Shown here one piece after another: positions 18,781 through 28,096 of a stretch of DNA of 64,000 bases. Under the pieces are notes generated by a model. That model saw only the letters and a program-made list of their open reading frames with translations. It had not been told where the DNA came from and ran no database searches. The stretch's first letter is position 1, and each line of letters starts with the position of its first letter. Location: the NCBI GenBank assembly GCA_963740905.1, contig CAVUFY010000012.1:213040-277039 (forward strand), given 5' to 3'. The position numbers were made by a program, and so were the translations under genes. The stretch comes from an uncultured delta proteobacterium. Its GTDB lineage: Bacteria > Desulfobacterota > DSM-4660 > Desulfatiglandales > HGW-15.

Positions 18781-19562
18781 GTCTCCTTTGCCTTTCTAAC
18801 GGCCAGGATGCGGAGGAGAAAGAAAAGAACGAGAGAAATCAGGACCAGCCAGACGGCCACAGGCTGGGAGTACTTCAATCCATACCCCTCAAAGCGCTCG
18901 TAGATGAGCACGGGAGCCGTCATGGGATGATAGGCTACAACGACCACGGCTCCGAATTCGCTGATCGCCCGGGCACTGCACATGATGATGCCGATGAGCA
19001 TGCTGCGCCAGGCAAGAGGAAAGGTGATTCGCAAAAAGGTGCCGAGCATGGGCGCACCAAGGCTCCGCGAAACCTTTTCGAGCCTGGGCGAGACGGCTTC
19101 AAACCCGTTTTTCGCGGAGTGGATGTAAAAAGGAATCCCTACAAAAGTCAGGACAACAATGATGCCTGTGACACTCCCCATCACCCGGATTCCCAGTTCT
19201 CCAAGGACTCGCCCGATCCAGTAATTCCTGCCTACGACGCTCAAAATGGCAATCCCGACGACCGGATGGGGGATGACGATGGGAAGGTCTATTACCCCCT
19301 CGATGAATCGCTTTCCCTTGAAATCCTGACGGGCGAGCACATAGGCGAGCGGCGTTCCAAACGCAAAGGAGATGAGGGCGGCCGACCCGGCTGTGTAGAT
19401 GCTGAGCCAGATCGACCGCACCACGTCCTTCTCCTGAATGCTTTCCCACAGAGCTGGAATGGAAGGCGAGGTCATCAACTCGACAAGAGGCAGAAGGATG
19501 AAGGCCATGATGACCACGCCGCAGGCCAGGGTGAACCAGAAAAAGGGCTCTCTTTTGATCAT
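18777..19562 (-). CDS. wtpB: Molybdate/tungstate ABC transporter permease
   Basis: Multi-TM protein with the EAA-like loop ...ARAISEFGAVVVVAY. It overlaps both neighbouring genes. Confidence 0.85.
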   Translation of the reverse strand: MIKREPFFWFTLACGVVIMAFILLPLVELMTSPSIPALWESIQEKDVVRSIWLSIYTAGSAALISFAFGTPLAYVLARQDFKGKRFIEGVIDLPIVIPHPVVGIAILSVVGRNYWIGRVLGELGIRVMGSVTGIIVVLTFVGIPFYIHSAKNGFEAVSPRLEKVSRSLGAPMLGTFLRITFPLAWRSMLIGIIMCSARAISEFGAVVVVAYHPMTAPVLIYERFEGYGLKYSQPVAVWLVLISLVLFFLLRILAVRKAKET

Positions 19563-19577
19563 CAGATCTGTTTCCGA

Positions 19578-20564
19578 CTAGTCCTTCACCTCGACCAGTG
19601 GTTTCAGTTCTTGCGGCAGTTTGGCTTCCATCGCTGCGGTCGGGACCCTACACGGGATAAACGGGGGCTGTCCCTGGTCTTTGAGCACCTTGAGACCTCC
19701 GTCAGGAGCGAGCATGTACCTGAGGAAAGCTACAGCCGCCTCCTTGTTGGGGGCGCTCTTGATGAGCGTTATGCCGTAAGTGACCGAGCCTCCTTTGATT
19801 TCCATAAACGTCCCCGGCTGCTTGCCCGTGACCTTGACCGACGCCTGGGCATAAAAATCGTCGAACTTGTAGTTGCCAAGGTTGATCTCATCGGGAAGAA
19901 GGACATACTTGAGCCCGTGCTGCACGGCGACAGACAGATACTCCCAGGCATAATCCATATTGCCCGTCTGAAGCAGGGAAACCAGTTCCACGGATTTGGG
20001 CCGGACATTTTCCTTGGGCCTGTTGGCAAGTAGGGCGTCATAAAGCCCCCGTTTCTTGTAGAGCTTTTCCGCCAGTTGCAGGACCATGAGGGCGCGATAC
20101 CCGCAGGGATCCAGATTTGGATCGGAGTGTCCCCACACTACCCCCTTCTTTTGGAGAATATCATACCAATTGTTCTTGCTGATTTTGTCTGCATCCTTGC
20201 TCTGTTGCGTGTAGCAGAGAACGAGTTGATTGGATGCAAAGCGAATATTCCAATCCGCGTAATCGGGAATGAGCAACTTATCAATGACCTTGTAATCCGC
20301 CGAGGCCATGATGTCGCACGGCTTCTTGAGATCTGTTATTTTGCGGGCACAGGCCTGACTCCCGGCTGCTTCGCGGAGAAGGTCCACCTTCGGATACTTG
20401 GCCTCAAAGGCCTTTTCCATGGCTTCGAATGGCACCGAAAGGCTTCCCGCGTGAAACATGGTCAGTTTACCTTGGGGCTCGCTATAGGCAAACCCACTTA
20501 GCAGCATCGTGGCAAACAGAAAACACAATGCTGTGATCATTCCGAACCTAAACGATTCTCTCAT
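19578..20564 (-). CDS. wtpA: WtpA-type tungstate/molybdate-binding protein
   Basis: Signal peptide followed by [56 protein letters not shown], which resembles archaeal-type WtpA. AAGGAGG RBS upstream of the ATG at 20564. Confidence 0.75.
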   Translation of the reverse strand: MRESFRFGMITALCFLFATMLLSGFAYSEPQGKLTMFHAGSLSVPFEAMEKAFEAKYPKVDLLREAAGSQACARKITDLKKPCDIMASADYKVIDKLLIPDYADWNIRFASNQLVLCYTQQSKDADKISKNNWYDILQKKGVVWGHSDPNLDPCGYRALMVLQLAEKLYKKRGLYDALLANRPKENVRPKSVELVSLLQTGNMDYAWEYLSVAVQHGLKYVLLPDEINLGNYKFDDFYAQASVKVTGKQPGTFMEIKGGSVTYGITLIKSAPNKEAAVAFLRYMLAPDGGLKVLKDQGQPPFIPCRVPTAAMEAKLPQELKPLVEVKD

Positions 20565-20700
20565 GAATTGTTCCTCCTTAGTTCTCATTTAAATTTCCCT
20601 TTTTGGCGGTGGTAGATATGCCGTGTCAGCTTCCGCGCCGTCCCCCATTGCAAGCCTCAACGATTCCTAGTGTCAGGACGGAGGCCGACTCCACGATCGC

Positions 20701-21576
20701 TTACTTCGGTCCTTCGACGGGTTTTCCTCTGTACGGGTAATCTTTCAACCTGGTGTCAGCCCGTTTGTGAGGATTAGACAGGGTCTTGGAAGGATCAATC
20801 CATTCTTCCCATTTGAAATTCTCGATCACTTTCGCCTGGTAGCTTTCCTCCAGGGGGCGACTGAGGATGTCGTTGATGTGCATGTACTGGTGATAGCGCA
20901 TCAGGTCCACCTGATAAGGAGTGGGTTTGCCTCCTGCAGCCTTGACCACCTTCTTAAGCTCTAAGACCTCTTGCATGCTGACTTTGGGCGTCCATGTGAT
21001 TTTGCCGGGAAGCATCACGGATTCTCCCGGGATATTGTTGATTCCCTCCTTCCATGTAGCAAGAACGGCAACTTTCGTATCCTCGCGATACAGGATAATT
21101 GCGTGACCATAACGACTATCTTTGAAATATCCGAGATTCCCGTATTGAATCCTGGCACCTGTGAGAAACGCCACGGCGTCTGTCCAGCAAGGGGAAGTGC
21201 CCGTGATTCCCCAGACGACACTGCGATCTATGATGCCGTCCGGAAAGAGAATGTCCAAAGCAACCTTGCAGCAGGAAGTTGCATGCGAAATCCCCTCACA
21301 GTCATGGCCGTGCCACTTAATGATGTCTTTGAGTGTAACGGCGTAGGTGTAAGGATAATATCTTCCTTGGGTACCTCTTGTTGCGAGAATCTCGAAGACA
21401 GGCGCATAGGGTTTGTCCACCATGGACGCATACCAGGTTGGGGTCCGGTCCGGGGGCGTCACACCTGTCTCGATGAAGATGTTTTTTCCCTGCACATATG
21501 TGGGCTCCCCGGCCCAGCAAGACAAACCGATGAAAACTAGAATGCTAATCAGCGTGATGCAAACGACTTTTTTCAT
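20701..21576 (-). CDS. Secreted FmdE-domain protein
   Basis: Signal peptide MKKVVCITLISILVFIGLSCWA. FmdE motif KWHGHDCEGISHATSCCKVAL...CWTDAVAFLTGARIQYGNL. Confidence 0.7.
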   Translation of the reverse strand: MKKVVCITLISILVFIGLSCWAGEPTYVQGKNIFIETGVTPPDRTPTWYASMVDKPYAPVFEILATRGTQGRYYPYTYAVTLKDIIKWHGHDCEGISHATSCCKVALDILFPDGIIDRSVVWGITGTSPCWTDAVAFLTGARIQYGNLGYFKDSRYGHAIILYREDTKVAVLATWKEGINNIPGESVMLPGKITWTPKVSMQEVLELKKVVKAAGGKPTPYQVDLMRYHQYMHINDILSRPLEESYQAKVIENFKWEEWIDPSKTLSNPHKRADTRLKDYPYRGKPVEGPK

Positions 21577-21634
21577 CCTTTTCCTCCTTTCCTTTCTCCC
21601 TATATCAATACAGCCATATTGCTATTTTGATCTA

Positions 21635-21650
21635 AGCAACTCCTGTGCCG
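21635..21650 (-). promoter_or_regulatory. Candidate sigma54 promoter for the FmdE-like/wtpABC genes
   Basis: The minus strand reads cGGCAC-aggag-TTGCT, about 60 nt upstream of the ATG at 21576. Confidence 0.55.
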
Positions 21651-22026
21651 TCCGAGAGGCAAATAGATTGAGAAATATTTAGCAAGTACTATCCATCACT
21701 TAGTTAAAACCATCGAAGAAAGTAGGTGATCCGGTTTACAAGAAAGGTCGCATTTTTGCAATCCTTCGGAATGTAAAGGCTGCAAATCTGCAATATGTGG
21801 TTGAGTGAGGCCAGTGGGTGAGCTCGATCGCTCCTCCGTTTCTTGACACACAAGTCCCCTGTTCCTATACTCCCACTTCAAAAGACAGGCTTCTCATCAT
21901 CACCTCGCTTGCGCAGCATCGCTCTCGGAATCCAGTTCGCGGTAATTTGGCCGCTCATGGTGAGGCCGGTAAAGATCGCAAAACAAAGACGCAGTGCAAA
22001 CAGATCGAAGGGAGGTTCACCTCGCA

Positions 22027-23448
22027 ATGCAGAAGCTTGAAAAGCTTATGGATCGCGTCATACGGCGTGTGAACATCAACTTGCGAGGCCGGGAATTCGA
22101 CGCGGGTCCTTTCCTGAAACCCTGCGTGCCCCTGCGCAAGCTGTCTGAGTTCTACGCATTCTACGGGATTACAGGCCACCATCCCCTGCATTTCCACTTC
22201 AGTCGTTCAAACCTCGCCGGCAGCTATTTCCTTGGCAAGTGCCAGGTGGATGGTTCGATCCTCTATAAGTCCGATATCCGGGGGGATGAACTCAGGTCCA
22301 AAGGGGACAGCTTTGAGTACCGAGGGATTAAGATGACCATGGACCAGGATGAGAGCATTTTCGTATCCGACAGTCTGCTCATCAAGACCCTGGTGCATAA
22401 CAAATCCCACGACCCTGAAAACCCCGAGATTTTCCTGATTAAAAACTCCGCAGCCTGTCCTTTTGCAAACATTCACGGATCTCCTTTGGAAGGTAGCTTT
22501 CTCGGTGCGTTTGCGACAGCGGACCTGACTACCCTCCATGGATGCATCCTCGGCCACTTCACCTACGTACAGGCCGGTGAGCTTTGGCACAAACGGATCG
22601 AACCCGGCCGGATCTGGATCAACCAGGAGAACGCCTTTGATTTCAGCTACCAGTTTCCGAAAGAAAACCTCGAAGACTACATACGCGTCAAGCCCGGCGA
22701 GCAGCCTCAGGGCCGGTTCATGGAGTTTCTCAACGCTCGCAAGGAGGATTTTCGGCGGGTGTTCGATGTGGTTCACCTGGCCCCGCTTCCTGCGGTGCCG
22801 AAAAACGCGTCGGTGAGTCGCTACGCGGTCATCAAACCCAAGACCCGCATCGGCGCCAATGTCTTGATCGCCCAACGTGCCTATGTCGAAAATTCAATCC
22901 TAGGAAAAGGAGCCAACGCCCAGGAGAACTGCTTCATCATCAATTCCCGGCTGGAAGGGAACGACGTGACAGCCCACGGGGCCAAACTGATCAACGCCCA
23001 TCTGGCCGAAAAAGTCTTTGTAGGATTCAATTCCTTCCTGTGTGGGATGCAGAACTCACCGCTCCTCGTCGGGAGAGGAAGTATCATCATGCCCCATACC
23101 ATCATCGACCTGAAAGAGCCGGTTTCCATTCCGCCGGATCATCTGGTGTGGGGGCATATCTCAAACCCGCAAAGTCTCAACGAAAACAGTGTCTCCCTGG
23201 CGGCCCTTGACGCCACAAACGGAATGATGACCATCGGTACGATGGGATTCGCCGGTTCCGGCTCCCAATTTGTCAGGTCCTTTCGCAGTCGGATCGATCA
23301 CATTTTGCAAGCCAACGGGGCTTATTTCGACGGCAGGAAAAACAAGGGTCACGCTCAAAAAGGGCAGAGCATCGCTTACAACATCATCCAACCTTATCCG
23401 GTAGGCGTGCAGAAGGGCATCTATCCCACGATCAATATCGAGCCCTGA
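22027..23448 (+). CDS. Hexapeptide-repeat (left-handed beta-helix) domain protein, function unknown
   Basis: The C-terminal half has imperfect hexapeptide repeats (IGANVLIAQRAYVENSILGKGANAQENCFIINSRLEGNDVTAHGAKLINAHLAEKVFVGFNS). The N-terminal half was not recognised. Confidence 0.5.
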   Translation: MQKLEKLMDRVIRRVNINLRGREFDAGPFLKPCVPLRKLSEFYAFYGITGHHPLHFHFSRSNLAGSYFLGKCQVDGSILYKSDIRGDELRSKGDSFEYRGIKMTMDQDESIFVSDSLLIKTLVHNKSHDPENPEIFLIKNSAACPFANIHGSPLEGSFLGAFATADLTTLHGCILGHFTYVQAGELWHKRIEPGRIWINQENAFDFSYQFPKENLEDYIRVKPGEQPQGRFMEFLNARKEDFRRVFDVVHLAPLPAVPKNASVSRYAVIKPKTRIGANVLIAQRAYVENSILGKGANAQENCFIINSRLEGNDVTAHGAKLINAHLAEKVFVGFNSFLCGMQNSPLLVGRGSIIMPHTIIDLKEPVSIPPDHLVWGHISNPQSLNENSVSLAALDATNGMMTIGTMGFAGSGSQFVRSFRSRIDHILQANGAYFDGRKNKGHAQKGQSIAYNIIQPYPVGVQKGIYPTINIEP

Positions 23449-23546
23449 CGATTTTTCCCAGTCCGGTTTCCAAGTCTCCATCCTCTGTGATGAAGGATGA
23501 TTTTCGCCCTGTACCGTGCACCTTGTGCCATGCGCCCTTTTTATTA

Positions 23547-23599
23547 TGAGCATATGCTCAAAAAAATGCTTGACATACAAAGGCGCAAATTTATATTAT
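23547..23599 (+). promoter_or_regulatory. Candidate sigma70 promoter with palindromic operator upstream of the DUF134 gene
   Basis: Perfect 14-bp palindrome TGAGCATATGCTCA at 23547-23560. TTGACA at 23570-23575 with TATATTAT at 23592-23599. The half-site ATTATGAGC recurs at 23595-23603, over the -10 element. Confidence 0.45.
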
Positions 23600-23628
23600 G
23601 AGCGTAGGCCCATAATTGGAGATTGACT

Positions 23629-23958
23629 ATGCCCAGGCCCAGAAAGATGAGATGGGTGCAAGGACGTCCGGTGGTCGCCGCTTTCCTGCCCGATCAAATG
23701 CCACCGTGGGGGAGGGAAGAGGTCGTCCTTCCCGTGGAAGGGCTGGAGGCGATCCGGCTCGTAGACTACCAAGGGTTGGATCAGGAAACGGCGGCCGGGA
23801 TGATGAACATATCCCGCCAGACTTTCGGCAGGATTCTTGCGGAGGCCAGGGCGGTTGTGGCGGATGCTCTCATTATGGGCAAGATCCTCCGAATCGAAGG
23901 GGGTCATTTCGAAATGCCTCCCCGAGGACGGGGCCGCCGCTGGCGCGGCGGATTTTAA
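23629..23958 (+). CDS. DUF134 (UPF0251) putative DNA-binding protein
   Basis: MPRPRKMRWV...LPVEGLEAIRLVDYQGLDQETAAGMMNISRQTFGRILAEAR. Confidence 0.85.
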   Translation: MPRPRKMRWVQGRPVVAAFLPDQMPPWGREEVVLPVEGLEAIRLVDYQGLDQETAAGMMNISRQTFGRILAEARAVVADALIMGKILRIEGGHFEMPPRGRGRRWRGGF

Positions 23959-23977
23959 AGAAAAGGAGGTGTGTGCT

Positions 23978-24373
23978 ATGCCGGGATTTGATGGAACAGG
24001 ACCAATGGGGGCCGGTTCAATGACCGGCGGAGGACGTGGATTCTGTAACCCTGCCTATGCGGGTTACGGCCCGGTGTACGGCAGAGGATTTGGCTACGGC
24101 CGCGGCTATGGTCGAGGTATGGGTCGTGGCCGAGGTTTCCGGAGAGGGTTTGGCCCCGGCCTTGCCTCGGGCCGTGGATACGGCCAAGGCGTTGGAGGGC
24201 GGGCCTTTTATCCGGCATGGGGCGCAGGATACGGCCCGGCTTACGGGCCTTATGCCACGAACCCACAGGATGAAGCCGGAATGCTCAGAGAAGAGGCCAA
24301 CTACATCAAGGAAGAACTCGAGGCCATCAACAAGCGCATCGAGGAGTTGGAAGCCAAGTCCCAACAGTCTTAA
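23978..24373 (+). CDS. DUF5320 protein (Gly/Arg-rich with a C-terminal coiled coil)
   Basis: MPGFDGTGPMGAGSMTGGGRGFC..., GYGRG repeats, then ...EEANYIKEELEAINKRIEELEAK. AAAGGAGG RBS. Confidence 0.8.
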   Translation: MPGFDGTGPMGAGSMTGGGRGFCNPAYAGYGPVYGRGFGYGRGYGRGMGRGRGFRRGFGPGLASGRGYGQGVGGRAFYPAWGAGYGPAYGPYATNPQDEAGMLREEANYIKEELEAINKRIEELEAKSQQS

Positions 24374-24416
24374 TAAATTGAGAGATCGAACACTATCTCA
24401 TTTCCCTCTCCCCTTT

Positions 24417-24441
24417 CTCCCCTCCCTCCAACGGAGGGGAG
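24417..24441. terminator. Hairpin between convergent genes (possible bidirectional terminator)
   Basis: CTCCCCTCC-ctccaac-GGAGGGGAG gives a 9-bp perfect stem. The flanking U-tract is weak. Confidence 0.35.
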
Positions 24442-24512
24442 AATAGTTGTCGAACAGCCCGCCAGGGGAGCCTTTTGAGAGGGGAGAACTGACCTACAGC
24501 AGATGCTCGGGA

Positions 24513-25631
24513 TTATGGAAGGTTGGCATTCTGAGAAGAGGATACAGGAAGGACGACGGTGAAAGTGGATCCCTTCCCCGGCTCACTTTCCACAAGGACT
24601 CTTCCGCCGTGAGCCTCGACAATCGCTTTGACAGAGGCCAATCCCAAACCAAAGCCCTTGACCTTTTCGTCGGCTTTTCCTCGATGGAAGGCGTCAAAAA
24701 TAAAAGGAAGTTCTTCAGGCGGAATACCCCGACCTTCATCTTTAACGGTTACGACGACGCTGTTTTCCTTGCCATGTCGTATAGAAACCGTGACGGAACC
24801 CGGCTTGTCGGAGAATTTCAGCGCATTATCCAGAAGATTGGTGAAAACTCTACGCAACTGGCGGGCGTCCCCTTCAATGATGGGAAGATCGTCACCATTC
24901 TCAAGACGGAGACTTAGCCCCAGTTCGGCCGCTTTGGGTTCATAAGCTTCACGGAGTTCCATGAGAAGTCGGTCAACAGAGGTGGCACCTAAATTGAGCT
25001 TGAGCCTTCCTGTCTGAAGCCGAGAGAATTCCAGGAAATCTTCGACGAGAGTCTCAAGTTTGTCAGTTTCATCCTTAATGATGGACAAGTACTTCTTTTC
25101 CTTTTCCCCGTTCAATCGGCTCCCCTTCTGAAAAAGCCGCAGGGCGAAACCTCCGATAATGGTCAAAGAAGATTTCATATCATGGGCGATCATGGAGACA
25201 AAACCCTCTTTTTCCCGCTCAAGAGCCTTCAGATAGGACATATCTTGAAAAGCTTCTACCCCACCGAGCAGATGTCCCTCGTGGTCGAGCAAGGCGGCCG
25301 TGTTCATCCTCACGGGAAGCGTCTTTCCAAGCTTGTTTTCTATAGTGCTCTCCAGTCTCAAGATCGGGTTTTTAAGGGAGAGAATGGTGTTCAAGGGGCA
25401 CTCGGTTCCGCATTTTCCGCCGTGAAGAACGTCTCCGCAAAACCTACCCAGAGCCTCCTGCGCCGTATAGCCGGTCAGCTTCTCAGCCCAGTGGTTGAAA
25501 CTAGTGATCCTTCGGTCGGAATCCACTGTGATGACGCCGACAGGGATGCTGTTGATAACAAAACGATAAAAGGTGAGATCGTCGTTCACCGTTTTGTGTT
25601 TGATCGAAGCAGTCTTCTGACTCTCTTCCAT
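24513..25631 (-). CDS. PAS sensor histidine kinase
   Basis: PAS domain with a Cys motif (RFCGDVLHGGKCGTECP), H-box SMIAHDMKSSL, and DEGRGI...GFGLGLA. Confidence 0.9.
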   Translation of the reverse strand: MEESQKTASIKHKTVNDDLTFYRFVINSIPVGVITVDSDRRITSFNHWAEKLTGYTAQEALGRFCGDVLHGGKCGTECPLNTILSLKNPILRLESTIENKLGKTLPVRMNTAALLDHEGHLLGGVEAFQDMSYLKALEREKEGFVSMIAHDMKSSLTIIGGFALRLFQKGSRLNGEKEKKYLSIIKDETDKLETLVEDFLEFSRLQTGRLKLNLGATSVDRLLMELREAYEPKAAELGLSLRLENGDDLPIIEGDARQLRRVFTNLLDNALKFSDKPGSVTVSIRHGKENSVVVTVKDEGRGIPPEELPFIFDAFHRGKADEKVKGFGLGLASVKAIVEAHGGRVLVESEPGKGSTFTVVLPVSSSQNANLP

Positions 25632-25648
25632 CCCTTCTCCTTCGTGAT

Positions 25649-26917
25649 CTAATCACCAAAGGCGTGGCTATCATTAATCAGCTCTTTGGTGTTCTGAGCT
25701 TTTGTTATAGTGGTTGTGACGCCTGCGTTGCCGAACACATAGCCGGGGCCCTTGTGGGAGAGGTCTTCCCTCATGAAGACCTCATCCACCTTCTGATGAA
25801 CCAGCCACTCCGCCACACGAATGCCCTTGGCTTTATCCACATTTAAGTGCGGGTTTTCAATCACTTCCTGTTTTTCGACGTGGCGATCTGCGAGACGAAT
25901 AGTGAGGAGGGCAAAATACGGCGAGTCCCCGAAATGATCGCTGATCAGCCCGGAAGGGTCCGAGAGAGGGATGGCAATTCGAGTATGGGTACGGGGCTGA
26001 GGCTCGTAGTGTATCACGACCCTTTCTACATGAGGGATCTTCTCTCGAATCTCGCTCTCCAGGCTCTCGCTGGTCTGATGGGCTTTCTGAAGGTCGCCCG
26101 TTCTCATGATCACGTTGACCATGAGGAATCGGTACCGTCCCGCATTCCTGCCTATCAGTGATTGGACCTTGACCACCATGGGGTGGTGCTCCAGGATGCT
26201 TTTGACTTGATCGAGCGTTTGAAAATCAATGGATGCGTCAAGGAGCACTCGCATCCCGTCTGTAAGGAGTTCCCAGCCTGCCCAGGCGATGAAAATCACC
26301 ACTACACCAGCTGCGACCTGGTCAAAGGAGATACCGAAAAGAGAAAATTTCCAGCCGAAATAACTCATCGCCACTGAGACGAGGACGACGATCGAGGACA
26401 CAACGTCCACCCGCCGGTGCTTTCCCTCTGCAATAAGGGTGGGCGACCCGGTCCTTTGTCCCACCCTGGTGGCATAGAGCCCGAAGAGGTAAATAGCCAG
26501 CATTCCGGCTGCAAGCAGGATGATGACGGTGATAGATATCTCCGGTGGGCTTTTGGTCGCGCTCAAAGCCTCTCGGGCAATTTCATATCCGGCGAAGAAA
26601 ATAAAAAAAGCCACCATGACGGAAATGAGATTTTCGATCTTATAAAGGCCAAGGGGAAAAGAAGGGGTTTTTCGAATGGAGAGCATCACCCCTCCATAGA
26701 GGACCAGCGAGGCTACGGCGTCCGTCCCTGAGTCAATCGCGCCGGCTGTCACGGCCAGGCTGTTGGAGAAAAGGGCTAGAAGGCCCTTCATGATCGCAAG
26801 CCCCAGGTTCAAAAGAAATGCATATAAAGCCACCTTCCTGATAAGTCGAGTCTCTAGATCAGTGCTTCTGTCAATGTGCCCATTAAGCTCGTCTGATTGT
26901 GTAAGATCCATGATCAC
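25649..26917 (-). CDS. Cation diffusion facilitator (CDF) transporter fused to a C-terminal NifX/NifB-like domain
   Basis: Six-TM CDF core (AVTAGAIDSGTDAVAS; HRRVDVVSS). The C-terminus RIAIPLSDPSGLISDHFGDSPYFALL...AKGIRVAEWLVHQKVDEVF matches the Nitro_FeMo-Co fold pattern. Confidence 0.8.
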   Translation of the reverse strand: MIMDLTQSDELNGHIDRSTDLETRLIRKVALYAFLLNLGLAIMKGLLALFSNSLAVTAGAIDSGTDAVASLVLYGGVMLSIRKTPSFPLGLYKIENLISVMVAFFIFFAGYEIAREALSATKSPPEISITVIILLAAGMLAIYLFGLYATRVGQRTGSPTLIAEGKHRRVDVVSSIVVLVSVAMSYFGWKFSLFGISFDQVAAGVVVIFIAWAGWELLTDGMRVLLDASIDFQTLDQVKSILEHHPMVVKVQSLIGRNAGRYRFLMVNVIMRTGDLQKAHQTSESLESEIREKIPHVERVVIHYEPQPRTHTRIAIPLSDPSGLISDHFGDSPYFALLTIRLADRHVEKQEVIENPHLNVDKAKGIRVAEWLVHQKVDEVFMREDLSHKGPGYVFGNAGVTTTITKAQNTKELINDSHAFGD

Positions 26918-26956
26918 CCGAGCATGAAACGTGATGAAACAATATGGGTAATCCGT

Positions 26957-27682
26957 TCAGGCTTTTGTCATGGTGAGTCGCCTTGTCCCTTTGATTTGCC
27001 GGAAATTGGCGCCCTGGCTGACGCACTGAAGGGCAAGGCCGGAATCAATGACCCTTGTCCCGGAAAGAGCATCGACGCCGTGATCAAAAAGAATCGGAGA
27101 GAGCGGGACCGTATCCCCAAGCATGATGATGTAAGCCTTGCTGTCACAGAGTCCAAGTAAATGCTCAAGGGTGTGATTGGTCAAGGAAGTCCCCGTAAGG
27201 GCAACAACATGAGCCTGAGGAATCAGGCGATCGGCTTCGGCTTCGGGAAAGTCGCCCTCTTTGGGGTTCTTCTCGATGACCCAGAGAGCCCCGGCTTTCT
27301 CTCGAATCCGGGGCAGGAATGGGAAATGACCGACAATCGCCACGTTCTTCCCTTCGCCTTTCTCCAGAATAACCTCTGCCGCATTAAGCTCGGTGCATGA
27401 ATCAACGTCGACTTCGAGGAGGGAGTTGATCGCCGCCATTCCTATAGCAGCCTCGAGAATGCTTTCTGAGTGAGCCATTTGGGCAAGCTGCCTTGCATTC
27501 TTATTCAAGAGCAATCCGGGCTCCTTTACCATCGGGCCTTCTTGCTTAAGGGCGTCTCTCGGCAGAGTGGCTGCAAGACCGCAATACCGGGTTAGAACGC
27601 CGGTGTGAAAGACGCCCTGTCGAATGTCTTTTACCGGAGCGTCGTAATTGAGCGTGGCAAGGAGATCATCAAGTATTTTCAT
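26957..27682 (-). CDS. DUF4213/DUF364 protein (putative heavy-metal chelation domain)
   Basis: ...GLAATLP...AAIGMAAINSLL...NVAIVGHFPF...AHVVALTGTSLTNHTLEHLL...IIMLGDTVPLSPILFDHGVDALSG. Confidence 0.7.
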   Translation of the reverse strand: MKILDDLLATLNYDAPVKDIRQGVFHTGVLTRYCGLAATLPRDALKQEGPMVKEPGLLLNKNARQLAQMAHSESILEAAIGMAAINSLLEVDVDSCTELNAAEVILEKGEGKNVAIVGHFPFLPRIREKAGALWVIEKNPKEGDFPEAEADRLIPQAHVVALTGTSLTNHTLEHLLGLCDSKAYIIMLGDTVPLSPILFDHGVDALSGTRVIDSGLALQCVSQGANFRQIKGTRRLTMTKA

Positions 27683-27799
27683 GAAATCTAAACGTCCTCC
27701 TATGAATATATGAAATTCCAGATAATTTCAATATCGTTCGACCACTCACCCTATGATCGCGGCAAAGGGCCTGGATGAGAGTGAATAGAAAATCATCTC

Positions 27800-27820
27800 T
27801 TAAAGCCCAGGGAAACTAAA
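27800..27820. promoter_or_regulatory. 21-nt motif TTAAAGCCCAGGGAAACTAAA, copy 1 (upstream of the DUF364 gene)
   Basis: Identical 21-mer at 32579-32599, upstream of yqeB. The core CCCAGGG is palindromic. Confidence 0.35.
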
Positions 27821-28096
27821 GAGAAAAAAGTGCCAACAATAACAATAAGAGGGCCTGCAAGAAGACCAAACACACCGGCACCAGGATAGAATTCTCCAAT
27901 CACAGCAGAACTTTCTTACTTTGGCTGACCGTCGTACCACAAAGTGTTTCGCCAAGGACCCGGTTCGATAGTCCTTCCTTCTTTTCGGACCGAATCAAGG
28001 TCTCTGAAATGCTTCCGCAAGGATAATTCCGTATCCATCACCTTCGTGTATGCTTTATTCCCTCCCGCGCGGAAGAAGAGGGGATTCCGAACGTTC

